A stretch of DNA of 64,000 nt from a virus (taxonomy: Duplodnaviria; Caudoviricetes), in IMG/VR virus record IMGVR_UViG_3300013121_000022, positions 108,505 to 172,504 of that record; one strand, written 5' to 3'. The first letter of the stretch is position 1. Each line of letters opens with the position of its first letter. The position numbers and the translations under genes were made by a program. The notes below the pieces were generated by a model that saw nothing but the letters and a program-made list of their open reading frames with translations, made no database searches and was not told the origin of the DNA. Below are positions 19,254 through 28,519 of the stretch, piece by piece.

Positions 19254-20147
19254 ATGGGATACGCACACATCGAAAATCTTTACAAGCCACATGTAAAAGA
19301 ACTTCTCTTTATGTTTCGGGAAGTCTATGCACTCGAAAAGATACATGGATGCTCCGCCGAAATTAAGTTTACCGCCGAGATTGGAACTGGCAAAGTTGAT
19401 GTTAGTTTTGACGGTGGGCTATTGTCGCCAGAACAATTCTCAAACATTATCGACAAGTCTATTGTAGAAAAGTTCGTGGAACTGAACAAGCAATACAACA
19501 ACGAAAGCATGTCTGTGTTTGGTGAGCTCTACGGTGGATCGATCAACCATATGAGCAAGGTGTATGGAGAGGAAAAACGCTTTGTTGTTTTTGATGTCAA
19601 GGTTGGCGATGTTTTCTTGTCTGTGCCACAGGCCGAAGACACAGCGAATCGACTTGGACTGGAATTCGTATCTTACAAGCGCATTCCGGTAACGATTGAA
19701 GCCATTGATGCTGAACGGGACGCCGAATCGGTTCAGGCTATCCGCGTCGGAATGGGTTCTGGCAAATATCGCGAAGGTGTGGTTTTGCGTCCGTTGTTTG
19801 AAGCACGACTGAATAACGGCGAGCGAATTGTAGCCAAACACAAGCGTCCAGAACATTCTGAAACAAAGACTCCGCGAACTCTGAATGAGGATGAACTGAA
19901 AGTCCTGTCCGATGCCAATGAAGTTGCAGAGGAATGGGTTACGGAAACCAGACTCCAGCATGTCTTGGACAAGATTACCGGAACACGAGATATGAAGTTG
20001 ATGGGAACGGTAATAAAGGCCATGACTGAGGATGTGTACCGAGAGGCGCATGGCGAAATCGTGGAATCCAAAGCTATTCAAGGCGCAATCAGCAAGAAAA
20101 CGGTTGCGCTTTACAAGAACTACCTTGAAACCGACAGCGTTCAATAA
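19254..20147 (+). CDS. ATP-dependent RNA ligase (Rnl2-like)
   Basis: motif I EKIHG, GELYG, FDV, EGVVLR, terminal K motif. Confidence 0.85.
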   Translation: MGYAHIENLYKPHVKELLFMFREVYALEKIHGCSAEIKFTAEIGTGKVDVSFDGGLLSPEQFSNIIDKSIVEKFVELNKQYNNESMSVFGELYGGSINHMSKVYGEEKRFVVFDVKVGDVFLSVPQAEDTANRLGLEFVSYKRIPVTIEAIDAERDAESVQAIRVGMGSGKYREGVVLRPLFEARLNNGERIVAKHKRPEHSETKTPRTLNEDELKVLSDANEVAEEWVTETRLQHVLDKITGTRDMKLMGTVIKAMTEDVYREAHGEIVESKAIQGAISKKTVALYKNYLETDSVQ

Positions 20148-20384
20148 CAAAATTGAAGCACTGCTAGTCGATTTACATCGATGGGGAGTGCTTCAATGTA
20201 TTATCCGACAAGATCAAATGTTTTGCACTCCACCTGTAGCCGGACGTCCATCAATTGTTGATATGTTTGAAGTTGAATGGAGCGTTCATTCAGTCAAAGA
20301 CGTTCCAGAGATCGTCTTGTACGTGACGGACACTACAGCCTACACGCGATTGCACAAATGGAATCAGAAAGAAAGCTTACTGAC

Positions 20385-21110
20385 ATGGACAATCTAAAAG
20401 AGATTGGGCAAACATGGATTGTTGAATTTCCAAGAACAAAACATCTTCCATTTCGCCCTAACGCCACTCGTGATGACCTAATTGCTACCCAAGTTCAGGC
20501 AAGCATTATTTTTGATCCGGCAGTTGTCGTATCAACAACTGAAAAAGTAGACGGGGCACAATTGGGAGTTGGAATTGTTGATGGTAATCTTTGTATCCGC
20601 AACCGAAATCACGTGCTCAATAAAGGTTATCTCAGTCGCGGGGCGGCAGGCCGACAATTTGCGCCAACATGGACGTATTTTTACAAGCGAATTGAAGCAC
20701 TAAAGGCAATGGAAAAGTTCGCAGGTGAGCCTTTGGTAATTTACGGAGAGTGGTTGTATGCGGTTCATTCAATTGTTTATGACACTTTAACTGTTCCGTT
20801 TTTGAGTTATGATATTTATTTGCCGGAACAAAAGATATTTATTAAAGGTGCTCTGGCTAGATCGCTACTAGAAAACTTTGGATGGTCAGTTGTTGAACAA
20901 CTTGAAAACAAGGGATCGTATGAAGAATTGTCGAAGTTGTGTCACCAAAAATCGGCCTATGGATCGACTAAGCGAGAGGGTGTTTATCTGTCGGTCTGCG
21001 CCGATAAAAAATCAGTCACACATCGATTCAAAATGGTACGTTCAGATTTCATTACTGGTGAACACTGGTCTAAGCGATCTATTATCAAGCAACCTATGGT
21101 GAGGTTTTAA
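20385..21110 (+). CDS. RNA ligase family nucleotidyltransferase
   Basis: PRTKHLP, TEKVDG, YGEW, REGV, RFKMVR. Confidence 0.85.
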   Translation: MDNLKEIGQTWIVEFPRTKHLPFRPNATRDDLIATQVQASIIFDPAVVVSTTEKVDGAQLGVGIVDGNLCIRNRNHVLNKGYLSRGAAGRQFAPTWTYFYKRIEALKAMEKFAGEPLVIYGEWLYAVHSIVYDTLTVPFLSYDIYLPEQKIFIKGALARSLLENFGWSVVEQLENKGSYEELSKLCHQKSAYGSTKREGVYLSVCADKKSVTHRFKMVRSDFITGEHWSKRSIIKQPMVRF

Positions 21111-21355
21111 TGATTCACTTAACACAAAAATCAAAAGATGATCACACCCATATTGACAAGGGCGATGTCGTTGTTACGCTTTGCGAACAACATGTTCCGT
21201 TTACGACAGCACAGGCAGATTGTGTGAGACATGCTATCAATCTTCTGGCGGTTGCCAATCAAAACATTTAATCTAGTTCCATTTGATGATGGAATATACA
21301 GCACTTGACAATTTGGATTTATTATTATAATATGGTCGCACAGGAGTAAATACTT

Positions 21356-21691
21356 ATGCCAAGTTCTGATTTGCGAATTGTTCAAAAATTTCATAATCGA
21401 TATTCCGCCGAAGACTTGCAAAATCTGAGTCGTGCTAGTTACCATCGTTGTGCATACCTAGATAGCTTTGGCGGAACATGTGTATATGAAATTTTAGGAG
21501 CAACCGAACAACATAAGCCGATTTGCTATTATGTTGTCGAAGTGGCTGACGCTTATAAGCATCGTGGATCGATTAGAAACGGAGATATTGTGGCGGTAGT
21601 GTATTTTCCTGATGATCCAGATGGAAAGGAACGCAACAAAGAGTTTCGCAAGCACATTGATACTGTAAAGGTCGATCTTCGACTAGAATGA
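21356..21691 (+). CDS. hypothetical protein
   Basis: TTGACA/TATAAT promoter, AGGAG RBS. Confidence 0.65.
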   Translation: MPSSDLRIVQKFHNRYSAEDLQNLSRASYHRCAYLDSFGGTCVYEILGATEQHKPICYYVVEVADAYKHRGSIRNGDIVAVVYFPDDPDGKERNKEFRKHIDTVKVDLRLE

Positions 21692-21799
21692 GGTTTGGTA
21701 GCCAGACAAATATAACAAGTTGGCCGCACTCAATTTTTTAAGTTTTACCTATTGACATTTAGTTCATAAGCGTCTATACTGTCTTCTGTAAGTGAGAGA

Positions 21800-21956
21800 G
21801 AGATTGAGAGAGACGGGCGCAAGTCCGGCGAGTACGCAAGTTCTGATATACCACTCAGCCAGCCAGATAGAACGGTGGAGCGAACAATGGAGTGGCAACC
21901 CGATAAGCAGGGTTGGCAAGCGCACTGATAGTAGGAACGCTGTCAGGCTCAATCTT
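21800..21956 (+). ncRNA. candidate structured RNA, about 157 nt
   Basis: own TTGACA-N17-TATACT promoter; closing helix GAGATTGAG/CTCAATCTT and internal helices. Confidence 0.6.
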
Positions 21957-21988
21957 ACAAAAAACACAACCGAAAGGATAACGCGGCA

Positions 21989-22180
21989 ATGTCAAAACTC
22001 AATTTGGGCGACACGGTGTATGTAAAGGGTTTTCGGAATCAAGGGACAACGACCATTGCTCGGTTTATGATCAATAAAAAGGGCGGAGTTGTATTGAACA
22101 ATCCGATTAACGGTTTGTGGTGCTGGAATGTGAAGGATTTGGTTAAGATCAAATTACCAAAGGTGTTTAATGGAAATTAG
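21989..22180 (+). CDS. hypothetical protein
   Basis: GAAAGGA RBS. Confidence 0.55.
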   Translation: MSKLNLGDTVYVKGFRNQGTTTIARFMINKKGGVVLNNPINGLWCWNVKDLVKIKLPKVFNGN

Positions 22181-22355
22181 CGTGGGATTGAAAGTCACAT
22201 GGAATGACAACGGATTAACCCGATGGGATTATTTTGAACTTGTCATTCGCAACGGGCAGGAATTAGTTTTGTCGGGTTTTGGAAAAACCGTTCACATCAA
22301 GGTTGAGGACTTGAAATATATCGAACCATTTGGAAAGTTACCAGAAAACGGTTGA
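22170..22355 (+). CDS. hypothetical protein
   Basis: AAGGTG RBS. Confidence 0.5.
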   Translation: MEISVGLKVTWNDNGLTRWDYFELVIRNGQELVLSGFGKTVHIKVEDLKYIEPFGKLPENG

Positions 22356-22490
22356 TGCCATTTGTATACTCTGTGATGTAGAAATCCAGCATACCGCGTT
22401 CGCGGAGGCATAAGAATGGGTGCAACCTGTGGTCTTGTCTGAGTAGGCAAAGGTCATGAACTTTGTTTGAATGGCATCATCCGTTTTCTG
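22342..22490 (+). ncRNA. candidate structured RNA, about 150 nt
   Basis: about 21-bp closing stem CAGAAAACGG-T-TGATGCCATTT/GAATGGCATCA-T-CCGTTTTCTG. Confidence 0.55.
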
Positions 22491-22569
22491 ATAAATTCGG
22501 TGGTACGATAACGCAAGTAATCTTGAAATTGATCCTTGACAGGATAGCAAAAGCGACTATAATTTTTTT

Positions 22570-23570
22570 CTGTTGGCCTGAACTTTACAAAAATTACTGA
22601 GGGCGCTAATGGAGTTCAACTCTCCATCAGTAACATATCCAAATTGGAGTGGGGTAGTGCATACCCAAATCAAGGGAGGAAGCAAGCGAAAGCAAGCTGA
22701 AACCTGAGATTGAAACTCTAAGGCGGAGGGAACATCTAGTTCCCTTAGATAAAACCCGTAAGGGTAATAAAGGCGGATACCAATGGTCTGCCGGATGCAA
22801 ATCTCAACTAGACGAACTATCTTCGCTTGTGTTGGTGTAGGTGGTCGGCAAGAAATTGCAGGCTACTGAACAGCTAAGCCCACTGAAAAGGTGGTGAGTC
22901 CGAAAGACAAAACAATAAGATAGAGGGTAACAAGTTCGTTCGCAAGACGGGCGCTTACAAGACAATCGGCATCACTCCTAGCGGAACTTGCCAGAAAGTT
23001 AAGCGGTTACTGACAGCAAATCAGTGGCGGCAAAATGTGTGGTGTGGTAAAGGGATGCGTAAAAGTGTCTACAACCCGACAGGATACATCACGCACAATT
23101 GGAAAAACTCTGCCTGAAGCTCAGGCTTGGCCTCTTAAGCAAATGCAATCGCAAAAATAAAGTCCTGTAGGTGTACGAGATTTACAGATACCCCTTCATT
23201 ACCGTAACCAATCGGTGAATCAAGGCCACGAGCTTTGATATGTGCAACGAGTGAAGGATGTTCGGCGGCTTGCAACCGTTGGGCATCAGGCGCGGCGAGT
23301 GCATAGAAGATTTCGTAAACCTGAGTGGGTTGGGCTAAACCCACAAAAAGAAACTAAGCGACATCGTAAGCACAACGATACGCAAGGATAGCGGGGTAAA
23401 GTGTAGGATGATTGGGGTAACTCGATCTTGGAACAGAGCGGACACTGTGACGAACAGAACTGCTTGACTCTACACTAAAAAACGGAATGTGGCCTGAACC
23501 GTTTCTTGAAACGACTACCCTCTGGACTATATAGTCGAATGGACATATAATTCAGAGAGTGGTCATTTTT
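22570..23570 (+). ncRNA. large ornate ncRNA, about 1 kb (GOLLD-like candidate)
   Basis: consensus TTGACA/TATAAT promoter upstream, no + strand ORF, many GNRA hairpins, terminal hairpin plus T run. Confidence 0.65.
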
Positions 23571-23597
23571 GTTTAACCGAAAGATGGAAAATTTTAC

Positions 23598-24194
23598 ATG
23601 AAGATGAATGCTGTTATGGTCGGAGATGTACACGGCAAGTGGGATCAATTCAAGTCGATTGCTGAAAAGGCAACGATGCCTGTGTTTCAGGTCGGTGACT
23701 TTGGATTTGGACTACGGAATCGTAAGCCCAACATCAAAGGCGATTGGCGTTTCATTCGCGGCAATCATGACGATCCAAGTTTAGCTAAAAAGGACAGTCA
23801 TTATGCTGGCGACTTTGGCGTTTGGAACGGAGTGTTCTTTGTTTCGGGCGCAGCTTCAATTGATGTTGGTCAGCGTACTACTGGTGTTGACTGGTGGCCG
23901 GATGAACAATTGAATTACACGCAAATGCAAGAGGCATACAATCTGTATGTAAGATTTAAGCCAAAAATTGTTATCACTCATGATTGTCCAGATCATTTCA
24001 AGTCGCATTTTATGACCTATGTCATCAAGCGATCCTCGACCGGAGTTTTATTGAATGCACTATATGAATTTCATGAGCCAGAGTTGTGGGTTTTTGGTCA
24101 TCACCACAAAAGTCAGCAAACTCGATTCGGAAAAACAATGTTTGTTGGCCTTAGAGAACTTGAAACCCAAGAAATTGAATGGACGATTCCATAA
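23598..24194 (+). CDS. calcineurin-like metallophosphoesterase
   Basis: GDVHG, VGDFG, GNHD, THDCP, GHHH. Confidence 0.9.
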   Translation: MKMNAVMVGDVHGKWDQFKSIAEKATMPVFQVGDFGFGLRNRKPNIKGDWRFIRGNHDDPSLAKKDSHYAGDFGVWNGVFFVSGAASIDVGQRTTGVDWWPDEQLNYTQMQEAYNLYVRFKPKIVITHDCPDHFKSHFMTYVIKRSSTGVLLNALYEFHEPELWVFGHHHKSQQTRFGKTMFVGLRELETQEIEWTIP

Positions 24195-24214
24195 TATAGT
24201 CAAAAGAGAAGATC

Positions 24215-24856
24215 ATGACAACCTGTAAATGCTGTGGATCAATTATTACCAATGGAAACTCTCGTACATGGGATGAAATTCCGAGTTGCTTCAACTGGAG
24301 TCGTCGGGCGGTTGAAGTTGCTTTAGTTCAAAACTCCCCTATTGTGTTTTATGGCAATGTATGGGCATCGATCATAGCAGAGGCAACCAAGATTCTTGAT
24401 AAGGAACTGGCGGTTTATCATGTCAAACCTTGTCCTTGCGGCAACTTCCGAAGCGCAGTTGCTTCGTGTACATGTTCGGTTAGACAAATTCAGTCGTGGG
24501 AGCGTAAACGCGATTTTCAAAGAGCATTGAGTGTGTATCATTTATGGATTGAAATTCATGATGCTGATGGACGACTAGATATTCATCAAAACAGGACAGA
24601 AAAGATCGCTGATATTGTCAGTCGATCTAAAAGAGCACGAGATAAATTATCTAAGATCGATTCAAATCTCATTGAGGATTCGGGACAATCTCTATTACAG
24701 GCATGGGACAGACAATCTCATATGTCGTATCGTTTACCAGCAATCAAGCATGTTGCAACCAGTATTGCATCTCTCTCGGCTTTATACTCAAGCGTCAACC
24801 ATCTTTCGGCGGTACATATCGCTGAATCCATCCAATATCAGCGCAAAAATTGGTAA
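24215..24856 (+). CDS. degenerate ComM/YifB (Mg-chelatase-like) C-terminal domain protein
   Basis: PCPCG..CTCS..QI, VATSIASL, HIAESIQY; no Walker A seen. Confidence 0.6.
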   Translation: MTTCKCCGSIITNGNSRTWDEIPSCFNWSRRAVEVALVQNSPIVFYGNVWASIIAEATKILDKELAVYHVKPCPCGNFRSAVASCTCSVRQIQSWERKRDFQRALSVYHLWIEIHDADGRLDIHQNRTEKIADIVSRSKRARDKLSKIDSNLIEDSGQSLLQAWDRQSHMSYRLPAIKHVATSIASLSALYSSVNHLSAVHIAESIQYQRKNW

Positions 24857-24891
24857 TTGACAAATATATCATTTTGATCCACAATAACTGC

Positions 24892-25320
24892 ATGAACACT
24901 ACAAAATACATTCCTCGGCCTGACGCAACTTATCCAGAAATTCTGAAAACTCTCAAACATACCGCTACATATTTCAATGAATTGGTGGCGGCTATGGGAC
25001 ACAAGATCAAGTTTTTGGTTGCCGATGGAGAAATTGTTGTATCGGCAGATGGAATATACGAAGTATGTCGGATTGCTTTTTCTCGTGTTGAACAGAAATC
25101 GTTTGTGAAGAACACTACAACTCCGAAGTGGGAAGTGTATGCCTTGAAAACACTGCGGAGCACTCATTGGGATGAACCCGATGACGTTGATGCAGTTGAA
25201 CTTGGTGAAACCAACAACTTTTGGGAACTCCTACCGCTGGTCGTTGGCATATTTTACAAAATTCAAACCGAACAATGGTTGGAAAACAAGGCTGAACAAG
25301 AAAGCGATAAGGATTTATGA
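24892..25320 (+). CDS. hypothetical protein (leaderless)
   Basis: TTGACA-N17-CACAAT-N6-ATG. Confidence 0.65.
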   Translation: MNTTKYIPRPDATYPEILKTLKHTATYFNELVAAMGHKIKFLVADGEIVVSADGIYEVCRIAFSRVEQKSFVKNTTTPKWEVYALKTLRSTHWDEPDDVDAVELGETNNFWELLPLVVGIFYKIQTEQWLENKAEQESDKDL

Positions 25321-25499
25321 GCGACCACATTGCCCGTACTCAAAAGATCGTCAACCGCCGACACACTGACACTACAAAAATCTGCTACGGTTCGCCAACC
25401 GCTCACCAAAACGGCAAAGATCGAGCTTCACGCCGAACACGCCGCATCGTCAAAGCATTTCTTCGCAATCAAAATTTTGAATAAAGAAAGCAGGTAGAC

Positions 25500-25718
25500 A
25501 TGGTAAATTTTCTTTTGGGCGTTGTTATGGTTTCAATCATTAACGTAATAGCAAGCATTATTTACACTGTGGCCTATACATCTGTCGAATCGAAATACGA
25601 TTTTTTTGTTGCTTTGAGTGTCCGCGTTGCGCTATCTGTCTTCTGGCCTATCACCGTATTCTTTTGGGTTTTAGCGGACATCATTCGGTTCTGGCAGAAG
25701 CGTTACATTGAAAATTAG
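25500..25718 (+). CDS. small membrane protein
   Basis: two hydrophobic helices. Confidence 0.55.
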   Translation: MVNFLLGVVMVSIINVIASIIYTVAYTSVESKYDFFVALSVRVALSVFWPITVFFWVLADIIRFWQKRYIEN

Positions 25719-25758
25719 TTCTTGACAAAATACGGTCAAATGAGTATAACAAGCCAAG

Positions 25759-25890
25759 CGATCTGCGTGTTTTTGATAAGTTGAAATCGATGGAAGATAC
25801 AATACCCTGTCTCATCGGGCGAATCAAGAACCAACCAGAAACGGGATGCGATTTCAAGAGTAAAGGGATTTGAGAGATCGGCGCAGATCG
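25759..25890 (+). ncRNA. candidate rod-shaped RNA with internal bubble (6S-like shape)
   Basis: promoter TTGACA-N17-TATAAC; CGATCTGCGT/GCGCAGATCG and TTGAAATCG/CGATTTCAA helices. Confidence 0.5.
25876..25889 (+). repeat. GATCGGCGCAGATC motif
   Basis: perfect copy. Confidence 0.85.
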
Positions 25891-25902
25891 AGATTTATAT
25901 CT

Positions 25903-26256
25903 ATGAAAAATAAATTCAAAGTTGCCGCTCCATACGGACTAAAAACTGCTTATAGGTGGATTGTTGCGCCTAATGGAACTCCAGTGCTTGGAGTATCAAC
26001 CGGAGAATACTTGCAACGTATCGGCAATTTACGCGAGTCGGTTGTATATGTATTGAAAAGATCGGACAATCCAAAGCGCAAATGGGAAAACGATGTATCG
26101 CGCTGTTTGTATTGTGATTATGGCGGCATTATCAGAAAGATTATCCATTATCTTCATCGAACTCGCACTTTTGAAAAATGGGAACTTGACGACATGGGTG
26201 ATGAAATGCTAGATCACCTGAACGAATTGAGAAAAAGATACTTGACATCAGAGTAA
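25903..26256 (+). CDS. hypothetical protein
   Basis: 117-aa ORF. Confidence 0.55.
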   Translation: MKNKFKVAAPYGLKTAYRWIVAPNGTPVLGVSTGEYLQRIGNLRESVVYVLKRSDNPKRKWENDVSRCLYCDYGGIIRKIIHYLHRTRTFEKWELDDMGDEMLDHLNELRKRYLTSE

Positions 26257-26280
26257 AGCCTGCTATAATCGTTGAGGTTC

Positions 26281-26353
26281 GGGCAATTAGCGTAGTTGGG
26301 AACGCATCTCAATGGCATTGAGAAGATCATGGGTTCGAGTCCCATATTGTCCA
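26281..26353 (+). tRNA. tRNA-Ala(GGC)
   Basis: G3-U70, loop ATGGCAT. Confidence 0.92.
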
Positions 26354-26373
26354 CAGGAAAGAAATAATAACAC

Positions 26374-26670
26374 ATGAAAGCATTGTTACTCAAGGCTGAT
26401 AGATCGGAGCGGATGGTTGAACCAATCAACGGGAGATTTGACTTGAATCAAATCTACTCTCTGATTGGGTGTGAAGTTTTTCAACCCATTCAACTCAATG
26501 ACAACCGGAAAGTTTTATTGGTCGATGAAGACGGAAAACTAAAAAAACTACCAATCAATCAAAGGGCAACAAAGCTTTTTCATCAAGCAGGCGGAGCGGA
26601 ATTTGATTTTGTAGTTGGTGATGTGTTGGTTGTTGTTAACAGCGGAAGTCAGTACGTTGGGTATTTGTAG
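26374..26670 (+). CDS. DUF3846-like protein
   Basis: LVDEDGKLKKLPINQRAT..VGDVLV. Confidence 0.75.
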   Translation: MKALLLKADRSERMVEPINGRFDLNQIYSLIGCEVFQPIQLNDNRKVLLVDEDGKLKKLPINQRATKLFHQAGGAEFDFVVGDVLVVVNSGSQYVGYL

Positions 26671-26675
26671 TTTTT

Positions 26676-26748
26676 GGGCAGGCATGTTCTAAGGGAGCGA
26701 GGAATACTTGCAATATTCCTGTTGTGGGTTCGATTCCCATTCTGTCCA
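26676..26748 (+). tRNA. tRNA-Ala(TGC)
   Basis: G3-U70, loop CTTGCAA, atypical D arm. Confidence 0.85.
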
Positions 26749-26751
26749 CTA

Positions 26752-27410
26752 TGATGCAACGTAAAGATAGTGATTGCATCATTATTAATAATATCTGTGT
26801 CCTATCTGTCTGGTCTGGTTTGGTCAGAGAAAAACATCGGAACACTAGGCGAAGATTTTCGAGCAGATTTCATAAATTGGTTTATGCGCGATGGGCTTGT
26901 CAGTCCAATGACAATCGCGTTGAAGGGTGCGCCTCTGTAACCGCACTCCCATAACATGAGGCAAAGCTTGTAAGAGACAAGTGGAAGTAGGGTTTTCAAG
27001 TCTGCTATCTAATAACCACACTCCGTCACTAGGGAAGCGTGAGCCGAAACGATGTGGCGCAGAGGAAAAACTTGCAGACATGCACATTTCAAATTCTATA
27101 TTCTGTTGTTCAGGGCGAGTGATTGACTGATCATCAACATTCGTTATAATCATCGCGTAAAAACTGTTGCCATAACAGTAGCGCACTAGACTATACACTT
27201 TCGCTGGTCTAGGTTGAACAATACCAATGACATAGAGCATCACAAGTGGGAGATACGAGCGAATGCTTTGAAGCAGTAATGCTTCTTAACCCACGTGAGT
27301 CGTCCCGAATCTTACAGCTAGTGGTCGGTGGCGTGAAGGAAAAATCCTTTCACAGAAATGTGTCGCTTAATAATTTAGTTGGTATGTCTTATCGGCTTTG
27401 CAACCGATTG
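26752..27410 (+). ncRNA. large structured ncRNA, about 650 nt (ROOL-size candidate)
   Basis: no credible ORF, dense hairpins, bounded by two tRNA-Ala genes. Confidence 0.55.
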
Positions 27411-27444
27411 ATTTGAACAACAGAACATAGAATTTGAAGTTTTT

Positions 27445-27517
27445 GGGCGATTAGCTTAGTTGGGAGAGCATTTCGTTCGCAACGAAAAGGTCGCGGGTTC
27501 AACTCCCGTATCGTCCA
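27445..27517 (+). tRNA. tRNA-Ala(CGC)
   Basis: G3-U70, loop TTCGCAA. Confidence 0.92.
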
Positions 27518-27532
27518 CAGAAAGAAAACAAT

Positions 27533-27853
27533 ATGACACCAGATATGGCGGCACAGAAGTGGCAATCCGTTCTCAAAAAACAAGATCAACAGCGTCAGCA
27601 AATTGAAGGGATGCTCACTATTGAGTTTGACCAAAAAGTTTTTCGCGCTGATACAGTCAAACCAAAACCACGTGCATGTGTTGCATCAGTACACGTACAA
27701 ACCATTTTCAATTTATGGTCATCCGCGTCTCAAGACAATCTTATTATGACCATCGATGAAATTTTGGAAGTTGTTTCAAATCACTATCAGAGTTTGGGAT
27801 GGCTAACCGAAGTATCAGAAGAACGAGTTAGAATTTTATATCCAGAACAATAA
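27533..27853 (+). CDS. hypothetical protein
   Basis: ORF fills the gap between tRNAs. Confidence 0.55.
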   Translation: MTPDMAAQKWQSVLKKQDQQRQQIEGMLTIEFDQKVFRADTVKPKPRACVASVHVQTIFNLWSSASQDNLIMTIDEILEVVSNHYQSLGWLTEVSEERVRILYPEQ

Positions 27854-27854
27854 T

Positions 27855-27926
27855 CAGGGTGTACGTCAGCGGCAGACTACTACGTTTGGATCGTAGGGGA
27901 CACTGGTTCGAGTCCAGTCATCCTGA
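27855..27926 (+). tRNA. tRNA-Pro(TGG)
   Basis: C1-G72, loop TTTGGAT. Confidence 0.88.
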
Positions 27927-27937
27927 CAAAAAAAAGA

Positions 27938-28192
27938 ATGACACATTTTCTCAATCGCCAGTTTCAGTATATTCATCACTCAGATCATTTTTGTGATCTC
28001 CGGCCAAATTGTACGCATCGAGACTTTTGGATGGCAGGCGATAAATTCGAGTGGGTGTTGAAGCAAAATCATCTGAATGGGCAACTCGATGTTTTGTATA
28101 ATTCAAAAAGCGATCTTGAAACACTAAAATGGTGTCCCAATTGCGGGGGTAATATCGAATCAGTTATTCAATTTGTGATACAATTTTGTTAA
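27938..28192 (+). CDS. hypothetical protein with CPNC motif
   Basis: ORF fills the gap between tRNAs. Confidence 0.5.
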   Translation: MTHFLNRQFQYIHHSDHFCDLRPNCTHRDFWMAGDKFEWVLKQNHLNGQLDVLYNSKSDLETLKWCPNCGGNIESVIQFVIQFC

Positions 28193-28193
28193 T

Positions 28194-28267
28194 CGGGATG
28201 TAGCGCAGTTCGGTAGCGCACTTGCATGGGGTGCAAGGGGTCGCTGGTTCAAATCCAGTCATTCCGA
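28194..28267 (+). tRNA. tRNA-Pro(GGG)
   Basis: loop ATGGGGT. Confidence 0.92.
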
Positions 28268-28271
28268 CTAT

Positions 28272-28344
28272 ACAGGTGTACCTCAGCGGTTAGAGCGCCT
28301 TTCTTACAAAAAGGAAGTCGGGGGTTCGAGTCCCTCCACCTGTA
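28272..28344 (+). tRNA. tRNA-Val(TAC)
   Basis: loop CTTACAA. Confidence 0.9.
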
Positions 28345-28346
28345 CT

Positions 28347-28375
28347 AAAGCAACTCACGACTGAGTTGCTTTTTT
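28347..28375. terminator. intrinsic terminator
   Basis: AAAGCAACTCA-CGAC-TGAGTTGCTTTTTT. Confidence 0.8.
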
Positions 28376-28376
28376 A

Positions 28377-28505
28377 TTACAGGCACAAGTGTCTACAACG
28401 AGACAGCGCCGGAAAAACTGTAAACCAAGCACAGCACAAGACCAGCAATAAATAGATACCGCACACAACAACGGGCACAATCCAACTCAAAAATTTTTTC
28501 TTCAT
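28377..28505 (-). CDS. 42-aa hydrophobic Cys-rich peptide (not in ORF track)
   Basis: MKKKFLSWIVPVVVCGIYLLLVLCCAWFTVFPALSRCRHLCL; TGt-TAAAAT-N6-ATG; stops at the terminator. Confidence 0.55.
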   Translation of the reverse strand: MKKKFLSWIVPVVVCGIYLLLVLCCAWFTVFPALSRCRHLCL

Positions 28506-28519
28506 AGGTGGATTTTAAC

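Noticed and set aside
22570-23570. Group I or II intron
   Set aside because: Has its own promoter and terminator, interrupts no gene, and I could not locate group II domain V or group I core motifs
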